In this document: positions 59,692-64,000 of the stretch, in pieces | Layout of the letters: each line of letters starts with the position of its first letter | Position numbering within the stretch: position 1 is the stretch's first letter | Source of the DNA: an uncultured delta proteobacterium | GTDB lineage: Bacteria > Desulfobacterota > RBG-13-43-22 | Reading direction: 5' to 3' | Assembly (NCBI GenBank): GCA_963843145.1 | Contig: CAWJJC010000027.1 | Location: 256,001-320,000, forward strand | Length of the DNA stretch: 64,000 nucleotides | Translations under genes and position numbers: made by a program | Notes under the pieces: generated by a model | What the model saw: only the letters and a program-made list of their open reading frames with translations | What the model was told of the DNA's origin: nothing | Databases searched by the model: none

Positions 59692-60686
59692 GGGCGTGCC
59701 TCTTTACCTTTCTCTTTGGTGGGTTTTGCGGACCCGCAGAAATGGTGGATCACTTCTTCCACCTTCTCCATCATAACCGGCTGACCGCCCCGGGTGACCT
59801 TGGCGGTATCCGTGGCCAGGACATCCCGGCAGATCATCTGAAAAAACAGATCATCCCCCCGAACGCGCCGTTTCTGAGAGGCCAGGATCCGGCCGATAGC
59901 GATCCCCGCCCGGATAGTGGGCCGATTATTATTTACCCCGAAATTCCTCAATTCCCTGACGATGTCCACAATCCGCTCGACATCTTCCCGAGGGAGTCCT
60001 GACTTTTTCATGACGATCAGGCGTTCCGTATCCCGGTCATAGTGCTCCAACTGGATAGTAATCAGACGGTCCATCAGGGCATCCTGCGTCTTGTGGACCC
60101 CGGCGTATTCTTCGGGGTTGGAGGTAAAGATCGCCCGGAACTCGGGATGCACGGCCATGTATCCCTCTCCGGAGCGGCGTAGTTTCGGCAGATTCAGAAT
60201 CCCTTCGGAAAGGACACTCAACAGGGGGTTGTTGGCTTCCGGACGGGAACGATTGAATTCATCATAAATGAGGATTTCCCCGGTCTGACAGGCGGTGGTC
60301 AACCGGTTGTCCACCCAAAGGCTTTTCATTTCTTCCTCGGTCTTCAGGACCGAGTGAATATAATTGTCGATCAGTTTATTTTTTCTATATCCGGCGTCCT
60401 TGCCGACGAGATCGGAACTGCCGAATTCATCATCCCCGTGGATCAGGGTGACGGGACGTCCCAGTTGGGAGGCCACATGAAAGGCCAGGGTCGTTTTTCC
60501 CGTCCCCGCTACCCCGGAAAAATGGACGGGATACCCGGCGACCAGATAGGCTAAGGCCCGCTGGGTGACTTGGTCCACATAGGGAGAAGAAACAAAGGTG
60601 TCGCCGGCCTCGGGCTGAATGCTGTCTTCCCCGACCGCTACGCGCACAGTGGACGTGCTGACCGCTCTTAAGACATTTTTAGACAT
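59688..60686 (-). CDS. gvpN: Gas vesicle AAA+ ATPase GvpN
   Basis: GVAGTGKTT, WVDNRLT, YDEFNRSRPEANN, FTSNPEEYAGVHKTQDAL. Confidence 0.95.
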   Translation of the reverse strand: MSKNVLRAVSTSTVRVAVGEDSIQPEAGDTFVSSPYVDQVTQRALAYLVAGYPVHFSGVAGTGKTTLAFHVASQLGRPVTLIHGDDEFGSSDLVGKDAGYRKNKLIDNYIHSVLKTEEEMKSLWVDNRLTTACQTGEILIYDEFNRSRPEANNPLLSVLSEGILNLPKLRRSGEGYMAVHPEFRAIFTSNPEEYAGVHKTQDALMDRLITIQLEHYDRDTERLIVMKKSGLPREDVERIVDIVRELRNFGVNNNRPTIRAGIAIGRILASQKRRVRGDDLFFQMICRDVLATDTAKVTRGGQPVMMEKVEEVIHHFCGSAKPTKEKGKEARP

Positions 60687-61062
60687 GAACTTCCTTCTCC
60701 TTCCAGATTTGATCGATAGTCCACCCGGTTCCCCGGCATTTCAAACAAGCCATGGCCGGGGCCGAGGCATCATCGCCCGTCCCCCGGCACTGGGGACAGG
60801 AAACCATAGGCCCCGCGGGCCGGGAGACAACCCCCTTCCCGCCGCAGGTGGTGCAGGTAAGCGTCTTGATGGCCCCCGAACCTTGGCAATGGGCGCAAGG
60901 GGCATAGGGCGTCTGAACCCGGACCTTCCCGCTTCCCCCGCAAACGCAACAGGCCGAAAGGGAAGACATGATCGCGAAAGGATCTTTGCCCCGACCGCGA
61001 CAAAAGGCGCAAGTCAGTTCCTCAAATACCACCGGGTCACGGCTTATGCGTGCTTGGACCAT
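60679..61062 (-). CDS. DnaJ-type zinc finger protein without J domain
   Basis: Six CxxCxGxG repeats in 127 aa. Confidence 0.85.
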   Translation of the reverse strand: MVQARISRDPVVFEELTCAFCRGRGKDPFAIMSSLSACCVCGGSGKVRVQTPYAPCAHCQGSGAIKTLTCTTCGGKGVVSRPAGPMVSCPQCRGTGDDASAPAMACLKCRGTGWTIDQIWKEKEVHV

Positions 61063-61270
61063 ACCAGCCTCCTGAAGAACCTTTTTCCGACCGGGGAAAT
61101 GCGGGGTTTACTTCCTGCCCCATTTCGCCCTGGTCATCGCTTGGGCGGGCTTTTCACCCCGTTACTCTTCTCTTTATGTTTCTGAAACGGCATCGAGGCG
61201 CTGACAGACGGCCGGGCCTTGCTCTTGGGGATTTTGACCACGGGGCTTCAGGCGCTGCGATGCCTTCTTT

Positions 61271-61588
61271 TCATCTGTTTTCGGGGTTTTCATGAAGGGG
61301 ACCGGGGGCTTTCCCGCCTTGAACTCCGGCGCTGCCGGTCTTCTCCGGGCTGCCTCCACTAGGCCACGGTTCCTTTTTCGGAACGGGCCGTGATTTTCCC
61401 GGACCCTCGCCGCGCCAGGCAAGCCGGGCGCCCCTCAGGTCGTCCGCCGTCTCCCGGCGCAAGGCCGCAACTGCCCTGGTCAGATCCCCGGCTCCGCGCG
61501 TCAAATTATTCATCAGCGCGCCCCGGGCGTCCCGCAGGGCTTCAACCTCCCTGCGCAACCGCGTCAGGTCATTCGTCAACTGACCCAT
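61271..61588 (-). CDS. GvpC-like helical protein 2 with low-complexity tail (possibly frameshifted)
   Basis: MGQLTNDLTRLRREVEALR...RRETADDLRGARLAW; paralog of 61960-62241; SD AGGAGG. Confidence 0.55.
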   Translation of the reverse strand: MGQLTNDLTRLRREVEALRDARGALMNNLTRGAGDLTRAVAALRRETADDLRGARLAWRGEGPGKSRPVPKKEPWPSGGSPEKTGSAGVQGGKAPGPLHENPENR

Positions 61589-61637
61589 AATTATCCTCCT
61601 CCTTTGACTTTGATCTTTTTCCGCCACCAGGGCCCCT

Positions 61638-61666
61638 AAAAGGCGAGGGCTTTTGGAGCCCCCGCC
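61638..61666 (-). terminator. Hairpin plus short U-tract after gvpA copy 2
   Basis: GGCGGGGGCT-ccaaa-AGCCCTCGCC-TTTT. Confidence 0.55.
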
Positions 61667-61689
61667 CCGCGGGAATCCTTCTTTCAGTC

Positions 61690-61908
61690 TTAGGCAGGAG
61701 CGGCGGCGCTGGCCGTCAACCCAATGGCCTCGGCATACTTGAGATAAGTTTCAACCGAAGCAATCACTACCCTGGCCTCGATGGAAAGCAGTTCAATACC
61801 CACCAGAGAGACCTTCACCCAGGCGTCGATCACGATACCCTTGTCCAGTATGCGGTCGACAACTTCTGCCAAACTGGATGAATCCGTTGATTTCTGAACC
61901 TTAGCCAT
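61690..61908 (-). CDS. gvpA: Gas vesicle structural protein GvpA (copy 2)
   Basis: [19 protein letters not shown]...[21 protein letters not shown]. Confidence 0.97.
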   Translation of the reverse strand: MAKVQKSTDSSSLAEVVDRILDKGIVIDAWVKVSLVGIELLSIEARVVIASVETYLKYAEAIGLTASAAAPA

Positions 61909-61959
61909 AATCATTTCCTCCTTTTAATTCACAACAGGGTTAGCGTTTCATGATTCCTT

Positions 61960-62241
61960 TTAAATGCACCAGGCCCGACGGGCGCCTGCCAGATCGGTGG
62001 CGGTCTCTTTTCTCATCCGGCCGACCTTTTTCTCGATGCCCGCTACGAAGGATCTCAGCTCTCTCTTGGTTTTTTTGGCCATGGCGGTGTGGGCCTTGGC
62101 GAAAGAAGCCTGCATGGCTGAAACCTCGGTGGCCAGATCCTTGGCCCCGCGCGCCAGATCCTGCATCAGCGCCCCCCGATCGCTCCGCAGAGCATCAACC
62201 TCTCCGCGTAAACGGGTCATGTCATCAGTCAGTTTTCCCAT
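61960..62241 (-). CDS. GvpC-like helical protein 1
   Basis: 93-aa Ala-rich amphipathic helix directly after gvpA. Confidence 0.55.
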   Translation of the reverse strand: MGKLTDDMTRLRGEVDALRSDRGALMQDLARGAKDLATEVSAMQASFAKAHTAMAKKTKRELRSFVAGIEKKVGRMRKETATDLAGARRAWCI

Positions 62242-62286
62242 ATTGATTTTCCTTCCTTTGATCTTTTCCTGAAACCAGGGACTTCG

Positions 62287-62315
62287 AAAAAGCGGGGGCC
62301 GGAAAAAGCCCCCGC
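62287..62315 (-). terminator. Hairpin plus U5 after gvpA copy 1
   Basis: GCGGGGGC-tttttccg-GCCCCCGC-TTTTT. Confidence 0.6.
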
Positions 62316-62339
62316 CCTATGGGAATCCTTCTTTCAGTC

Positions 62340-62558
62340 TTAGGCCGGGGCGGCGGCGCTGGCCGTCAACCCAATGGCCTCGGCATACTTGAGATACGTC
62401 TCAACCGAAGCAATCACTACCCTGGCCTCGATGGAAAGCAGCTCAATACCCACCAGAGATACCTTTACCCAGGCATCGATCACGATACCCTTGTCCAGTA
62501 TGCGGTCGACAACCTCTGCCAAACTGGATGAGTCCGTTGATTTCTGAACCTTAGCCAT
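62340..62558 (-). CDS. gvpA: Gas vesicle structural protein GvpA (copy 1)
   Basis: 72 aa, protein identical to copy 2. Confidence 0.97.
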   Translation of the reverse strand: MAKVQKSTDSSSLAEVVDRILDKGIVIDAWVKVSLVGIELLSIEARVVIASVETYLKYAEAIGLTASAAAPA

Positions 62559-62633
62559 AATAATTTCCTCCTTTTGATGTGGTGATGATTTTTTTGAAAA
62601 ACAAGTGCAGGCCTGCCTGACATCCTTTAGTAA

Positions 62634-62649
62634 AGCAAGACGTGTGCCA
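62634..62649 (-). promoter_or_regulatory. sigma54 promoter of gvp operon
   Basis: TGGCAC-ACGTC-TTGCT, matching the -24/-12 consensus, about 75 bp upstream of gvpA. Confidence 0.8.
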
Positions 62650-63021
62650 GTGCCCGAAAACTGGTTTCAGCCTGCCAGATCCGCTTCCCCAAAAGACGTC
62701 TTTCCCTGGCGGATGCTAACCGGAGAAGTTGGAACTGCCTGAAAAACCTGGTTTCTTCTAGGCGCGGGAAAAACGAAAAAGAAATTACCCGATCTTTTAG
62801 AAAGGGATCAATAGGTAAAGCAGGGGGAGGGGCTTCTCTTTTTAGCCGCTGTCTATGGAAGGCTATCTATGGAAGTTATTCCAGTTATGAAGGGCGGGCC
62901 ATACCTACTTAAAGCTATTTTAAATTCTTTTGAGGCGTTGCCCGTTCTTAAAAAAATATGCTGGCCTAACCCCTAACAGGGTTCAACCTGGAGATAAATT
63001 CTCAAATTATGGAGAGGGGAT

Positions 63022-63402
63022 CTACATCGCGGCGTGTAACTCAATGACCCGTTTGATTTCCTCGTGCGCGAAAGGCTTACCGATAAAGGCGGCGACCAGC
63101 CCTGATTGAATGGCCTCTTCGATGGACAGGTCATCCAGGTAAAAATAGGCGGAAACAATGACAATGGGCAGGCCGGGATGAGATTTCCGGATTTCCCGGG
63201 CCAGTTCGATCCCATCGAGGTCCGGAAGTTTGGCGTCTAGAAAGGCCATGCAAAAATTATATTTATCCGTCAGGGTCATGGCCTCCCCGGCGCTCTGGGC
63301 CTTCTGGCAGGCAAACCCGTTTTTCTTTAAAATATTTTCGATCACCCAACAGATTTCAGGTTCGTCATCGACCACCAGAAAAAGACCGTCTTCAGGACTC
63401 AT
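63022..63402 (-). CDS. Single-domain response regulator
   Basis: VVDDEPE, FLDAKLPDLDG, IVSA, IGKPF. Confidence 0.85.
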   Translation of the reverse strand: MSPEDGLFLVVDDEPEICWVIENILKKNGFACQKAQSAGEAMTLTDKYNFCMAFLDAKLPDLDGIELAREIRKSHPGLPIVIVSAYFYLDDLSIEEAIQSGLVAAFIGKPFAHEEIKRVIELHAAM

Positions 63403-64000
63403 GATGCACCTCAGGTTTAAAACGGATAGGCATTTTGAGGGTAAAGACACTTCCCCTGCCTTCCAGGCTCTCTACTTCAATGGTCCCCTTGTGCTGACGC
63501 ATGATGGAGTAGCAAATAGACAGGCCCAGGCCTGTCCCTTTGCCCGCCTGAGAAGTGGTGAAGAAAGGATCGAAGATTTTGTCGAGGTTTCCCTGGGAGA
63601 TCCCGCAACCCGTGTCGCTGATCTGTATCCGGACCTCGGAATCGACTGTCTGGACATCAATGTTCAACAGGCCCCCGTTGGGCATGGCGTTTATAGCGTT
63701 TAGAAAAAGATTCATGAATACCTGCTGCAGAAGCGTGACCGCACCATCCACCATCAGGGTCTCCTGGAAAAGAAGACCCTGATTTCGATCTTGTGAATCT
63801 TGGCATGGTGGGTAATCAGGGCCAGGGTTTCTTTGATCAGGGGAACGATATTCACTAGGGTAAACCGGGGCCTCGAAGAAGGGTAGGAATATTTGAGGAG
63901 ACTTTCGATGATCGCCGAGGTCCGCTGGATTCCTTTATAAATCTTTTCTGCGCATTCCCTGGGAAATTCCGGTAATCCCTCTTCTTCCATGAGAAACTGG
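63392..64000 (-). CDS. Sensor histidine kinase, C-terminal part (frameshift ~63760; continues beyond the window)
   Basis: QVFMNLFLNAINAM, DTGCGI, FFTT, GTGLGL. Confidence 0.8.

Noticed and set aside
1331-63990. About ten frameshifts (HEPN, Uma2, antitoxin, 7TM-HD, hybrid kinase, mvhA end, Mo enzyme end, gvpV-like, last kinase) as programmed frameshifting or genome decay
   Set aside because: They hit unrelated, otherwise well-conserved genes, often at homopolymers, with no shared slippery motif. Uncorrected sequencing indels are the simpler explanation; read polishing would decide.

Overview
Chromosomal window from an anaerobic bacterium; gene content suggests Desulfobacterota/Deltaproteobacteria (inference). 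About ten otherwise intact genes carry single-base frameshifts, most likely assembly indels. In order, the window contains: (1) a decayed toxin-antitoxin patch (YgiT/DUF4258, MazF, MNT-HEPN); (2) a four-gene signalling operon with three paralogous atypical receiver domains, a sensor-less histidine kinase and a PilZ-cNMP-Ser/Thr kinase; (3) a BirA-box-controlled bioBAFD operon with a Type II-like BioB and a trailing ubiquitin-like (GG-ending) protein; (4) an integrase-less array of attC-like sites whose cassettes include TA remnants, a TIR/NDT-like gene and a nucleotidyl-cyclase-like gene; (5) phoH, a 7TM-HD gene and an in-frame ybeY-pdxJ, then cvpA-mazG; (6) a GT-C/GT2/GT-C glycosylation trio; (7) pgk and neighbours; (8) hdrA-mvhDGA followed by tusA and a Cys-rich sensor hybrid kinase; (9) a molybdopterin oxidoreductase, HDOD-GGDEF and corA; (10) a sigma54-preceded gas vesicle cluster with a duplicated gvpA/gvpC-like unit, a J-less DnaJ-type zinc finger and a tandem ArsA/Get3-type ATPase. 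Intergenic DNA is rich in palindromic and heptamer repeat families. No rRNA, tRNA or CRISPR array was recognised. All calls come from motif recognition; no database searches were run.
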